Program-made: the position numbers and the translations under genes
The notes under the pieces: generated by a model
Database searches by the model: none
Told to the model about the DNA's origin: nothing
The model's input: only the letters and a program-made list of their open reading frames with translations
Shown here: positions 1-24,800 of the stretch, one piece after another
Layout: every line of letters begins with the position of its first letter
Position numbering within the stretch: position 1 is the first letter of the stretch
Assembly (NCBI GenBank): GCA_040954595.2
Contig: CM082577.2
Location: forward strand, 2,995,703-3,059,702
Origin: Balanoglossus misakiensis
Taxonomy: Eukaryota > Animalia > Hemichordata
DNA length: 64,000 bases
Direction: 5' to 3'

Positions 1-611
1 AGCCGAAGCGGATTTTTGATAAAGCGCTGTAGTGAGATCGTTCGCAATGACGTAAATCGACTTGCTACCTTGCACGTCACAAAAGAAACCCATGTATCCT
101 GATGCGCAGACGCAGACATGGCTGCTCGGATCGTTGTAAACCACGAAGCACGACCCTCCATTTTGGCATGGATTAGACAAACACGCGTCTTCTACATTGT
201 AATGAAGTGAAACGACATAAAAAGGCAACAGTTTTAAAGTTGGCGAAGTCTTTGTGTGTGAGTACATGAAAGTTTGCGAAATACAAGTACACGTACTCGA
301 CAAAGGTCTGGTCTCACTTTCGCAGGGCTACGCATATTAAACATTTGCGAAGGGGGAAAATTGGAAAAATATTTATTTTCCTCCAAGAATCTCTTCCGGA
401 TTAGTATATTTCAATATAGAAACTGGTGTTTCGCAGCGATGTACAAAACCATAAATATTTTACTGGAGGCTGGTAGTATTAGTCTTCCAGTCACGTGATA
501 GTATCTTGTCTGCCCTCACAAGTGATGATTTCGTTTACTGTGCAACGCATGCGTGGCGGTACTGGAGTCATGCATTTCGTGGAATATTGATTGCGGGGTG
601 TAATCACTGAC

Positions 612-10656
<10,045 letters not shown>

Positions 10657-13329
10657 CTTTGCGCCTAATATCATCATCACCTGCACGACGGTACGGCCAT
10701 TCACAGACGAAGCGTGGCGAACACAAGTATATATCCACAGCGATCGACTGATTCACTATAGTCAGCCACAGGTAATAGTAGAGATTGTATACTGTGGAAT
10801 GAATGCCCACGACTCATGAATAAACATGCCCTGCTTGTTTTAAATATTGATGAGGTTTCGAAAGCCAGCGATTTTTTCCCCTTTCTATTGAGTACGTGCA
10901 TTGTCGTCAAGACTGTTTTGTCATGCAAATGAGGTGCGCATGGCTTCTGACCTCTTTATTTACTCATTGTTTACAAGCAGTGAAAGTTACCTTTAAAAAA
11001 GCCAACAGACACTGTAATTCTAGAAATCGCGAAATCGGGTTCTTCCGAATCGTATTAATTGAATGAAATCTTTCCAAAAATGAACACTCGCCATACTTAT
11101 TGGCTTTATGCAGCCATGCTCTGCTGAGGATAATATGTGCCCGCCAAGGCTCAGATTTCCGCAGCTCAGGTCGTTCGGACAAGCTGTGCGCTTGGCCGAT
11201 TTCTATAGGCCTGCGTACATAAATTTTCATGATGAAGTACTTTCACGAACTGACATGTATTTAAGCCTTGGAGGACAATCCTTGCCAATCCCGTCCCATG
11301 ACCTTTGCAGCTCTCTTTCTCCTTTAATGGTTATCCTAATTATTAAAGCTATTCGCTAGGGGATAAAAACACAGTCGCAAAATAACAACATGCCTCCGTG
11401 ACATTTGTACATACACGACATGTAAAAGTATACGTTGGCAATGTCAGCTGGACTAATCCCTATTGATAATCCCGACGCATACAACACTAATCCTGTTTGA
11501 TAATCCCAACGCACATATGCACGTTTCCATATTTCCTACATATGAACGAGTGAATTAATAAGTGTGTCGAAATGGGATGATTTGTATAAACTAACCGTGT
11601 ACAACCCTGACTACGGTATTTGTTGGGGCGAATATATATTTTCCTTAGCTTCATATCTAAATCTAAACCGTACAAATCTAATCAACATACATCTCATTAT
11701 AAAACGATATTTAAACGTTTTGTTTTCATAGTCATTGACACCGATGACAAAATAAACGCACACGCCCGCATGATGCATTTCGGATGTGCCTATTCACACC
11801 TTCTTTCGAACGTTATCATAATAGTTATTCAGTTGAGCTACTGAATGTTAAGTTATTCTAGATCTGTCCAGCTCTCGACGGGTACGCGGGCGGGTCACAA
11901 GCGATACAGCCCGGCGTGTGGACCACCAATCAGCCGCTGATGTCCAGCGACGTACCGTATTAGCTATCAATTGTGATGCCACACAAAATTCCAGTGGTCC
12001 GTCATTGTTTTCCACTGCTGTTTGGAAAACCTTACATTGTTTCTGTTTAGAGAAGATATGTATTTTCACGTTCATATTTATAGAAAATATTAAAATATGA
12101 ATAGTCTGAAGGACCACTGAAGGATGATTAGGGTTTGTCTCACCAACAATGTCCTATTTACACAAAACGCGTATTATGGTTCTTTCTATAGCTGTTATAG
12201 AAAAGGAAAAGTGGACAATGCCACATGTGTCCACTGTCGTCGTTTATAAATAAAGTGCATTTCTTTTCCGGTTTCAGCTCACTGTTCCCCGAGACAATCC
12301 AATATGGCATCGTTAGTAGCACGACAGTTTTATATCATGTATATACAGCAGATTGAAATCTCAATAAGTTTTAAAACCTTGATCGATGAAAACCGATCAA
12401 CTTGAAGTTTTGTCGCAAACAGGTACACATGTATACGTTACATATTTTCATATGTTACATGTTCAGGGACGTCATCCCCAAACTTTTAATGGTAATGCAA
12501 GTACTTAAATTTTATTTAGTTGTCATCTTTTGTTCTCCCCTAAACGACAGCTTAGATAAGTAATAAATCCGGCCGGATGAAGGTCATTTACGCAAGAAAT
12601 TGAAGTTACACAATCACTAACTTTACATCACCAGAAGAAATTTCGAGAATGGACGCCCTCAACGACGGGTAGACGCCCACGTGGATCACAGGGGAGATAG
12701 TGATTTACTCTCGCCATTGCGCTCTTGTAAATTCGATTACATTTTGGTTTGTGGACATTTTGAAGTTAAACAAGAGTTGAAATTGACGTTACTTGAATCC
12801 AAATATATGTTGGCTTTAATGCGAATCAAAATATTTGGAAGTCGGACCTGTTGACGTGTTTTTATATAAAAGAGAACGTACGGATCTTGTTCTGGTGAAA
12901 AACAAAAGCATTGCCAGCATTTGAAGAACTTTATTTTCAACGCGAGCACACTATTAAAATTAAGAGCCCTTCCCTTTTTTCATGATGATTACATGTAAAG
13001 CCCGCTTATTGAGAACATGTCACTCTTTTGCAGGATCGGCAAGTTCCGGAATTCGAAGGTCTTCATGAATGCACATTCCACGCATACCACGCAGCTACGT
13101 CAGCGCATGAGCTGACGTCTTACTTGTCGTTGATGGTCGAAAAATATCCTTATTTTGGACATTCTGTGCACCTGCGTTATCTGTTGGTGTCATGCGTCGC
13201 AGGCAGTTATTCTTGAGTCCGTGTTTTTTAATGTTTACTGCCTCGTGGTACTGTTTGCGACCGTTTCCAATTCACATGCAAAGAAGGGTCGACGTGCATG
13301 ACTGTATCGAGTCAGTGTCGCAACCGTAC

Positions 13330-13429
13330 CTGGCTGCGACTGTCCGCGGATGACGTCCTATTGTTCGGCCAAGTTGGCAAACAGTGAATGAGTCGAGAGA
13401 ATGACTCACACACTTTTACTTTATAAATA
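13330..13429 (-). promoter_or_regulatory. Candidate TATA/Inr promoter and non-coding first exon of gene A
   Basis: Minus strand reads TATTTATAAAG (13429-13419), TCATTC Inr-like motifs near 13402 and 13389, then a CAG/gtacgg donor at 13330. A matching acceptor gtgcag/ at 10680 follows an AG-free zone. Confidence 0.35.
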
Positions 13430-14653
13430 GCAGCTATATAAAGACAGTCACGACTAGGTTACACGGTCAGTGTGTTACCGCCGGGCTTCGGGAGAGAGTC
13501 ATCTCGCTGGGCGGGGTCTCATCTCAGACAACGTTGTCGGGCGAAGCGGTTCGCAATGACTCGTTAACCGTGTCTGTTTCAGTGTGAGATTCTTTGGTGG
13601 TCAGTGGTCCGAATTTCGCCATTGGCCTAATCATTCATAACCTTGACAGAGGGAAAGGCACGCCCACTCATGCGCTACCTCACGAAAACAGTAGTCGTTT
13701 TATTGCTTTTTACGGCGGTTGCGGCAAATAATGAGACCTTTAGCGCTATATTTCTCACAATAACTCACCCCACTATTGTTACGAGTCTATACAAACCGAT
13801 TTCGGCTTCGGGAAAACGTGATTTTCGTTTGTTATTGTTTTATCACGTTGAAGGAGGGGGCATATGCATGACATGGCACAAATGGACAGAGACAGCCGTT
13901 GCCATGAAGAAATTTCCCCCTGCACAAACCGCCAAAGTGCGAGTTCCTTTGACACTCTCAATGAATGATTAGGTCGCAACACAAGTTATGCAAATTCCAC
14001 CTTGACACTGGCCCTGTGAACTACAGAGGCCGAAGAAAGTAATATGTATCCTGTACTGGATTGATTACACTGCCCCCCCCCCCTCCCTCCCACAAGACCA
14101 TGGCCCTTTTTCGGAAGGTGCACCACTGCCAATGCTGCAGCGTAGCCTCTGACGTCACTTCAGAAAGATGTCAATGTCGATGCTAACATGTACATATAGT
14201 TACCGTGAACCACAGTCCCGTTTTCTGGGCACGCGTGCGACGAACACCAGAAAACAACAACCGCGCCTGCGCAACAGGTGGTTGGAACACAGTCACTCAT
14301 CCCCCCCCCCCCCCACATAGTTGAGATATTTAGCAAGACACAAAATCACCAGCCCGAGCCACTTCAGTAAAAAGAGGGAGAGTCAAAGGTCACAGCCCGG
14401 ACTACATAAACTGTAGACCTGCCACACATTAAAATAAACGAGACACTGCTTTTCCTTTCAAGTTTGCAAGGGCAGGAAATGGGGCTATTGACCCATGATG
14501 ATGTGGTATGTCGAACGATGACAAGTCAAATGACATTTTGGTAATAAATCATGACACAAGACGAGAAAAAATGTACATTCTTATAATTATTTTAATTATA
14601 AAATAGGGGCATTCGACAGCAAATGTTCTTAAAATATTTAATTTCTCCGGTAT

Positions 14654-14659
14654 TTTATT
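14654..14659 (-). terminator. Candidate AATAAA polyadenylation signal of gene B
   Basis: AATAAA on the minus strand about 1.1 kb after the stop, near the end of an AT-rich tract. Other AATAAA copies exist. Confidence 0.3.
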
Positions 14660-14792
14660 ACACGTTAGTGGGTTTCAAACTCTACTGTTGCCGATTTTTT
14701 TTCTCAAAGCATATAAATGAAAAGAAGAACTCTGACGTGTATACTAGTAGTACTGGGCAAGACATGCATTCAGCGAACAAATATACAAATAT

Positions 14793-14836
14793 ATTTTGAA
14801 AATTGTAAAAACGCATTTTGAAAATTGTAAAAACGC
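14793..14836. repeat. 22-bp tandem duplication
   Basis: attttgaaaattgtaaaaacgc occurs twice in tandem. Confidence 0.85.
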
Positions 14837-15740
14837 AATGTACATGTATATTTTTCTCAGGGTTGCTGGTTACACAATTTTCTTGAGAGTTGCTGCGCAG
14901 CAACTATTGCACATTTTGATTTGATTCACAGTTTTCTAAATAATTAACCAAACGCCCGTCAGCTTCAGGGCAGTTTTCCCGCGCTCACGGCCTTAAAATT
15001 CAACACAGCCTATATATCCCCATTATAGTATATAATGACTGTGACAGAGGGATTTCAAAGTAAAACCATTGATATTGCGTTATATAGAAAATCCCCAAAC
15101 TACTACAGGAAGGAAAAATTATAGATGATGGCCGAATAAGAAAAAATAAATGACGTTGAACTCAATATTGGGAGTTTAGAAACATACTTCGGGTATAAAC
15201 TGTATAGCGCTATCTCTACGCGAAGTACTGTAACATGTATCTTAATTCTTGTAGTATAGAATGCTGGTCGGTAGATTCACCCCCGCGCGCTTGGACACCG
15301 GTTTTCTCTGCGCGAATCCTCACAATCGCACAAAATACGCATTCTTACTGCCACTGCCTTCATTTTTGCGTAACTATATTGCATATATTCTTGCCTCCCA
15401 TTTTCAAAATATCAAGCAGCCGTAATTTTATTGACGAAGTAAGCACCACAAAGCAAACCACTTTTCGCGACATGGAATAATTTCCACTGCAGCAAATAAG
15501 CTTATTAAACACGGCGATATGTAAACATATACTGCACAGATCCACCGAATGATGTACAAACATACGTACTGATTGAATTTTTAAAAAAAGGCAATTAAAT
15601 TAACAGAATATATATAAAAAGATTTGATATCAATACAAATATTTAAAGTGTAATTGAAAGGTAAATGTCGTCTGGAATAGTCATGGTTGGGTTTTTATTT
15701 GAATTGGCAGCCATCTTGTTTGTTTGTTCGTACCTCTCGT

Positions 15741-15892
15741 TTACGCACTGCTCTCGCTTTTCTTCTTCTTGCGCATGTCCATACAGACACAGTATATCAT
15801 GACGAAGAAGAGCACGAGGATCATGCTGCCAAGTATGGCGGCAATCATGATCCAGAACCACGGCCAGTCGCCAGACGTTCCCGCGCCAGCAC
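15741..15892 (-). CDS. Gene B last exon: TM helix and cytoplasmic tail
   Basis: [50 protein letters not shown] with TAA at 15741-15743. Confidence 0.88.
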
Positions 15893-18800
15893 CTAAAATG
15901 TTGAAACGACAAAAATATTATTTTCCATCATGGTATAGCCTACTAAATATTCAAATCCAACACAATGCATTGATCATAATTGGCGTAACTAACAACAAAG
16001 TTGAATTCGGTAAACATTTACACGCAAACATGGCATGGGTTGGTCTTTGAACGCTCAACCGAATCACAAAGTTCCCACTATGTTGCCAAAAACTAATTTA
16101 CATTAAAATATGAACTTACTGATTCCACAGAGGTCGCCCTGCCAGTTGGACGCACACATGCACGTGAATCCACCCAATTCGTCGACGCATACGCCACCGT
16201 TCAAGCAAGGGCTGCTGGCACAGTCGTCAAAATCTGAACAGACGATAAGACAATATGGATGTCAGGACTGAAGCCTCGTTCAACACGTGAAGTACGCGCG
16301 TGAATTCCAATGTCTACCAGACGCTCTCGAAATAACGACCAGTATCTACATACACGGTAATAATTGCTACACACTTGTAAATTTTCGTATACATACCTCG
16401 CTCGCAATATTCGCCAGCCCAGCCTGGTTGACACTGGCAGACGTATCTGCCCTCAGCGTCAATGGACGAACAGATGGCAGCGTTTCTACACTGGTGGTCC
16501 ACACACATACCAACATCTGAAGACAACAGGGCGAGAAAAATATATGAATAAACATATATGGTAATTGGGCCCGATGCTAACTCAAAATCACAAACCAATA
16601 GAAATTTTCTTCGCTATTTTAAATTGAGTGTCGAAATTTTTCGAAATTACACCAACATGTCCCGTTTTCTGGTGTATAATATATAGAGAGATTAAGTTCA
16701 GCAGCACGTTTATGAATGTAAAAAGTTATTTGGTTGTTAGGTGAGGGTTAAGCGAAAAAATATATGAATTAAGGGACTCACATTGCTCACAGAAGTCGCC
16801 TGTGTAGGCCAGTGGACAGACACACGCGATCTCGCCCAGGGGAAGTGTAATGCATGTTCCGCCGTTATGACAGCGTGGCACGTTGCTGAGGCAGTTAGTC
16901 ACAACACCTGTGAGATGAGATGAAATCATCGATTAGTATAAACTTATAAGGAACCAGCAACTCTCCATATTGATTTAGAAACCTTCAAAAATTACACTCG
17001 AATAAAATTCCTGGCATCAAAACGTTATAAGTATACTAATTTGGGAAGATCGTCTCTACAGCAAGATATAGAAAGTACAAGAAAATCTATCAGGATGAAT
17101 ACAAAACGTACCTATATCGCAGTTTGTGCCGGATATACCGGACGGACACCTACAGAAATATCCGCTCATGTTATCGTCGTGGCACGTACCGCCATTCATA
17201 CACGGGTTGCTGAAACACGCATCGCCTGTAAATCAAAGTCATACAATTTTATTTAGCGGCATCTTACAAAACAAATGAAATTTACAGACATGTACATCTC
17301 CCCACAAGGATCCCCATATGATTATTTGAACTCGTGTAGCCCTACTTGCTGGTTTGGAAAGAAGTAACCGGTATCTCATTAGAATATGAACTTACGTGTT
17401 TCGCATAAGTCTCCTCTCCACCCAGCTTCACACACGCACGTAAATTTGTTGATATCGTTGATGCAATAACCGCCATTACGGCAAGGGTTTTCGGCACACT
17501 CGTCGACTTCTAAAAAAAAATACCAAGTGAACAAATGTCAACAGATTCCGAAATCTTTGAATTTATAAGTTAATCGCTGTAAAGCTCATAGTCTGTCAAT
17601 CAAAAATGGAAAATGTTGTTATTTTTTCTGTCAAGAAACACAATGTTTTAACTAACCATACTCGCAGAACGTTCCTTCGAAACCATCCGCGCAGTTACAT
17701 TGAGTTCCGCCATTGGCCAAGTCGAGACACGTGGCGCCATTTTGACAAGGCACGGATAGACAACCATACAGAGCTGTTGTGGCAAAGAAAAATGAAAGCA
17801 TTCTACTGAATTGTTGCGACAAAAAGGCAGAGATTACAAAATTCTCATTGAAAATCAAGAATTGTCGGAAAATTATACTGGGCGTTCTTATTTCTCCCTG
17901 TGATTCTCTGTACAATGCAATAAAAATCATCCACTTTTCGAACTTACCAACTTCACATCGACTGCCTTCAAAACCAGTTCGACAGAAGCAGGTGAAAGTG
18001 GCCTTTCCTCCAATGCAGGTACCGCCGTTGTCACAAGGGTTTGGCGCGCACGCGTCAATTTCTGTCAAAAGCGGATAAATTCGCGGAGAAAATGGTTATT
18101 ATAACAATAACACTTAAAATGTGCCATTAAGCCAAAGTAAATCACTCTTTCGACAATAAAAAACGTCATACATTGTATATCGATGAGTCACCGTTGTAAG
18201 CGCTAGTTGTGGTAACGTAGTGAAACTATGCCTTTACAAATTGAATCTTCTTAAACCACCAATCAACTGTTGGAAAGGGCAATTATACAAGACCCACAAC
18301 TGACCTGTTTCGCAGAGACTGCCTTCATAGCCTGGTGGACATGTACACGTGTATTGGTTGTTGTACTTGACACAGGTGGCGCCGTTGTGGCACGGACTGC
18401 TGGAACACACGTCATAACCTACAGGCGAAGTCAAACATTGTACCAAGGTTAGTCATATTTCGCTAGCTCAGGTCTAGGTCTGAATACAACCCACAACTCT
18501 GCGGTTAACGACATCTTAAACGGACAAGGGGCCCACAGGTATGGTCTTGTCAATTACTTCATTGTCAATGTTGGTGATTCTTACCTGCTGAGCACTGGTG
18601 ATGGTCCACGCCTGGCGGGCATATGCAGACGTGACTGCCGAGGGTATCCAGACAGGTTGCCGTGGGCGGGCACGGGTTGCTGGAGCAGTCGTTGATATCT
18701 ACGGATGGAAGAGGAGTGAAGTGAAGAATCACATATACTCACTGCAAACGTCATCAACTTACAAACTGCGACAGGCTTCGGTTGACGTGCAGAAATGACT

Positions 18801-21800
18801 TTAGAATTGTCTGAGTTTACTTACTGACTTCGTTCTGACAGTTAATTCCGTCCCATCCTTCGCTACAGACACAGACATACTTATTGATAGAGTTGATACA
18901 GGTTCCTCCGTTCTGACACGGCGAGCTGGAGCATTCATTGATGGCTGGGGGAGAGAATAGGATGGAGATGAAATGGTGATATTATCAGGACTCATTTGGT
19001 GGACTATCATAATGGCAATTAGGTAGTGAATATATGGACGTAAATTTAACTTTTGAAATAAAAGAAGAGAGAGATGTATCCACTCACTGTCTGATTGGTC
19101 GGTTTCGTACAGCCTGACGGAGAACCCGGCCTCCGTCTTGTCGTAGTCGCTGGTGAATCGAATCCAGCACTCGTTGCCGTCCGTGACGATAGAGGGCGGC
19201 TGGTCATTTCCGGACCAGTGCAGCCGGCGCGAACCGACATCCTGGGCGTCGGCCCAGAGCCCCACGTCCACCCAGTCGTACTTCCACTCCGTGTTGAAGT
19301 CCTGGAACACCACCTGAATGTGCTTGCCGGGGTCGCAGCGGACGATCCAGCGGCAGAACTCGTTGTCGCCGTAGTTGGCGGGATAGTTGGGGGAGTGGAG
19401 TTCGATGGTGCCTTCGTCGGAGATGTCGACCTCGGCAATGCAACCGATTTCTATCAGATTATGGAGAATATCATTGTCAGGTAGTCTTATAATTTCATCA
19501 CTGACTGTATCGAAAATCCTTGCGTGAACTCAGTACCCAATACAAATAATAATGATAATGTCACAAATGTTTTTTTCTCACAAGTGTTCACGTATAATGA
19601 TAATACTAGTATTCCTCATACCTAAATGACAGTTGTTTCCTTGGTAACCTGACGGGCACTGACATCTGTATGATCCGGGCATGTCGATACAGGTTCCGCC
19701 GTTTACGCACGGACTGCTAGCACACTCGTTGGTCTCTGCAAAATGGAACCGTACAACAAACGATCACCAACGCGTAAAAACGTCGTTTGAATCATAAACA
19801 GACCAAAACACAATAGTTTACGAAACCCTGAATTATACAGACACTGATAAGCTGTGTATTAAAATAAGATGTCTGAAATTACTGAAGTTACGTTTAAACA
19901 GGAGTTTCTTGCTGTGACGTGTTTTGATAAATTACATTCCCTGAGAAAAGTGACTTGACACGTGTCAGTCACGTGACTTACCTATCTGGCAGAATATACC
20001 ACTATATCCGGGGAGACAGGAACAAGAAAACATGTTGGGTCCGTTGATGCAGGTTCCTGCGTTGACACACGGGCTACTCAAACATTCATTGATGTCTACA
20101 AAGCGACGAAAAAGATATCCGTGTTAAAGTTTACAGGACTCAACACGGTGGTGTCTTTGGTATATAGAGAATGCCAATGATTTCTTTTAACTCGAGATGA
20201 CTTTCGCACCATCTAAATCATTGAAAGTGGTAAGGATAGTAGAAGTTTTCGATAATGAAAGTTTCAAAATAAAACAAAGAGAATTTGCGTCTTAGACTAA
20301 TTACCGGTTTCACAGCGCACTCCAGTCCAACCGGCTCTGCAGTAGCAAGTGTAACCATTGATGCCGTCCGTACACGTACCGCCGTTCAGACATGGGTGGC
20401 GATCACATTCATCGATTCCTGTAGAAAGATGAGGAAGGTTGATTTAGTCATTATTTTGAGAGAGAAAAGACAGGGATTTCCAAAGTCACATCACGTGATA
20501 AAAACAGCTGTTTCAATAATATATCACAGAGGGCATTCTGCAAACTTACCAAGCTCACATCGTTGGCCAGTGAAGCCTGGTATACAGACACAGGTGAAGT
20601 AGGTCTGACCAGCTTGGTGATTGCACGTTCCGCCGTTCATACACGGACTACTTTGACATAGATTCACAGCTGGGAAAATAACAAAAAAAATATTATGATC
20701 ATTTTAACAGTTAAATATCGAAAGTTAGGCAGAACAATAGACCAAAACAAAAAATTAAGGAAAATACCACTTAAAAAACTAAAGGAATAATATTGAAATT
20801 TCACGTACCTATTTCACAGGTAAGACCTGTCCAGCCAGGTGTACAGGTACAGGTGTAACTTGAGAAGTGGTTGGTGCAAACGCCACCATTTTTGCAAGGG
20901 TTTGTCTGACATCTGTCGACACCTGCAGAATTATGAAAATGATAAAAGTTAGACACCGGGTCATAAATACATGGCAGTTTCACTTGTTCAGAACTCGGAG
21001 TCTTGTTGTTGACAACACTGCAGAAATGCGAAGAGTAGAAGATATCACATCTCTCCCTTACCGATTTCACAACGATCGCCGGTGTAGCCAGTCATGCAGG
21101 AGCAGGTATATCCGTCAACCTGGTCGTTACAGAATCCGTTGTTCTGGCACGGGTTGCTGGCGCACTCGTTGATGTTGGTCTCGCAGCGAGCGCCGGTGTA
21201 TCCCATCACGCAGTTGCAGGTGTAGTGCGTGTTTCCGGTTCCGGCGACGCACATGCCGCCGTTCAAACACGGGTTGCTGGTGCACGGATTGAGAGCTGGG
21301 AACGGGAAGTGAAAATATGAAAGTTGACGACGACTGGGCATAATACATAGACTTGGTTTCCGGACATAATCCGTGTTTCTAATGACAATGCAAATATCTA
21401 TATTCGTCTTACCTATCTCACAACTTGCTCCCGTGAAACCCAGAAGACAGCTGCAGCGATAGTAAGTTCCGTAGTTGCTACACACTCCATCATTCAAACA
21501 TGGATTGGGAGAGCACAAGTCAAGGGCTGTGTGAAGAAACAAAATATTTTAGGGAACAATCAACATTCTTCCACAACACATACCAGTAAGTTAGTACTCG
21601 AAAACCTATCACAATGTTTGCGAAAGGTCATTTTACAGATGTTCTATTTTCCCTCATTTCGCTTTGCCTTTGATTATTGTGGTTGGCAGATGAGCAACTC
21701 GACTTACCTATTTCACAGTAAGTTCCGGTGTAGCCAGTTCGACAGGTGCACTGGAAGTAGGTCTGGTAGTTTGTACAGACAGCACCGTTCTGGCATGGAT

Positions 21801-24800
21801 GAGACAAGCAGTGATCTTTGGCTGCAAAGCAGAAGTGATATACAGTATAGGTTAGCTGACCGTACTCGACTTGCCAAGTGTCGATTTTTACTTTGGTTTA
21901 GATCAAGTTTCAGTGAGGGAATGACTGGTCCTTAGAAAGTCACTGCCTGTAAATTGATCAAAGTTATGCAAGTTGCAAGTTGGCTGTAGTGGACTACTCA
22001 CGCATTTCACAATTGATTCCAGTCCATCCAGGTGCACACTCGCAGGCGTAATGTGTGTACAGGTTGAGACAGGTGCCGCCATTTTGACAAGGACCTTCAC
22101 TGCAGGCATCAACAACTTTAATAGAAAACAAGAAAAATATTTTATTTTTTGAAGGAAACTATAATATAGAATACATGTAACTGTCTTATACTTGTACGTG
22201 TGACAGGGAAAAATGGTTGGTTTACATATGTGCTTTTATAGTCCCTCTAGTTATTGCGAATATGTTCCGACGTCAAAAATAAATCAGGCAACGATTGTGG
22301 GGATCACACGAAAGTTCGCGATGCTAGTACATGTACACATTGCGATACGCCTAATGAGACGATGACGTCCAACTTACCAACTTCACAGTTTATGCCGGAC
22401 CACTGTGGCAGACATTGACACTGGTAAGTCAGTCCACTGGCGAGGCAACTACCGCCGTTCAGACACGGGCCGTTGTAACAGGGGTCAAAGACTGCAGACG
22501 ACAAAAAGTGTCAGTTAGCAATCACAAAATATCGAATCTACATATTGCTCCGAAAATTTCAATTAAGAACATAGATATCGTTGTTGCAAAATTTTCATAA
22601 TGCAAATAGGATATAAACAGTCGCTTACCCTCGGTACAAGTTGGTCCCATCCAACCTGATGCGCATGAGCACGTGTAGTAGAAGACGAAGTTGTGGCAGA
22701 CGCCACCATTCTGGCAAGGGGAGTTGCGACATGCATCTACCGCTACAAAAAGTGAAATAAAATGACATAGAAAAGTTGTCAAAAACTCATAGCAAATATA
22801 TCAGACACTACGTGTTATTAAATGTTGAAAACTGTAAAAACAGTTGCCTTATCAACGCCGAAACCCACGAGAATTTGAAATAAATCTGAATATGCGTCAG
22901 ACTTACGCGTCTCGCAGTTGTTTCCAGCCCATCCGTTTAAGCAAGTGCAAGAATATGAATCCAGCAGGCTCTGACAGGCCCCGCCGTTCAGGCAAGGGTT
23001 CGGCGAGCACAAGTCGACTGCAGTGGAACAATCCAGACCTGTCCAGCCGCGCAGACAACTGCAAGTGTAGAAATTCTGGTAGTTGCTGCAAATGCCGCCA
23101 TTTCTACAAGGGTTGGGGTTGCATCTATTGATTGCTGGAGATTGAAATGAGAAAATCATATAATTACCACATTTGTACGTTAAACATGACTGTTATACCA
23201 GTAACGGTTAGTAATTAAATAACGCTTGCATGTGGCATACCTATCTCACATCTATCCCCAGTCCATCCGAGAGTGCAGGCACAGGTGTACGTCGTCTGGA
23301 GGTTGGTGCATAAACCGCCGTTGAGACACGGGTGAGAAGCGCACAGATCGGTGGCCACTTCGCAGTTCGGCCCCGTCCAACCTTCAGCACAGCGGCACAG
23401 GTAGTACGTTCGGTAGTTGACGCATTCGCCGTTGTTGAGACATGGGGTACGAATGCACAGATCGATTTCTGTCGGGAGACAAGAAAGGTGATTATTATTG
23501 TTATATTCTTGTAGAATTAAATTAAAACTTCGCCAAGTTATACAACAGTACGACTTCTATTGAGACATGTGTGCAGTGTACGTACAAGATCCAAATCTAT
23601 ATCTATCTGTTACTTACCGATTTCACACAGAGTGCCGGTCCAGCCAGCCTGACACCTGCATTCGAAGTACGTGTAGTGATTGACACACTGTTGTGTACCG
23701 TGTGAACAAGGGTTACTGGCGCAGGCATCTCTTTCTGTTAAAAGAAAATCCAAATTTTAAATATACAAGGACACGAAGTCCATGGATCATGCACATAATC
23801 GCTGTTAGTTCGACTAAGTTTCAAAATAATAAAACGCTTCTTCTTACCGAGTTCACACGTCAGACCGACGTATCTGTCCGGACAGGTGCAGGTGTAGTAC
23901 GTTCCGAAGTTGGCACACGCTCCACCGTTCAAACACGGTGGAGTGGAACACATGTCGACCACTGAAACGAAACAGAAAGTGGTTATAGCGACTGTATTGC
24001 CAGATGCTTTCTCGTCCATCTTGCTAGTTGAGACGACACGATTTTTGAATGGTGTCTATATAACTGCTATCGCACATTCCTCTCCCCGTCTCTCTCTTCC
24101 CCCTCTCTCATATCATCGCACACATTTCACTGTACAAGGAACATTGTCATTTCGATAAAGAAACTCCAGGAGCATTGTTAAGGTACTCACGGGTCTGACA
24201 ATTCTGTCCTATGTAGCCCGGCGGGCACTGACACGTGTAATAGGAGTAGTGATTGGTGCAGCGCCCTCCATTGATGCATGGGCTGCTGGCGCATGCGTTC
24301 ACCACTGGCCAAGAAAGGGAACAAAATGTTATCAAAACATTGTTGCAAATGTCAGCGTATATGAGAGTAAGTTGTGCCAGTGTTCAATTATATACAATTA
24401 TCATATCCATTGTTTTCATTCATCAAATTTAATCCAACTTACCAGTGTCGCAGTTGTCTCCGGTCCACTGCTGGGGGCATGTGCAAGTGTAGGAAAGGCC
24501 GTTGTTGGTGGTGCAAATTCCGCCATTCAGACAGGGATAGGACTGGCACAGGTTGATAACTGGAAATATAGAGACGGGGACAGGAAGATGAACACACTGT
24601 ATCAGTCTGTATGTGTCTGTCTGTCTGTCTATCTATACATGGCACGGGGTGTGTGTTGTTCTGCTTAGGATCTAGATACCTCCTAGGGAACTATGATTAA
24701 GCATACCTTGATCGCAGTTGATTCCAGTGTAGCCAGGTGTACACGCGCAGGTGTAGTATGATACGAAGTTTTGGCAAGTAGCACCATTCCTACACGGGCT

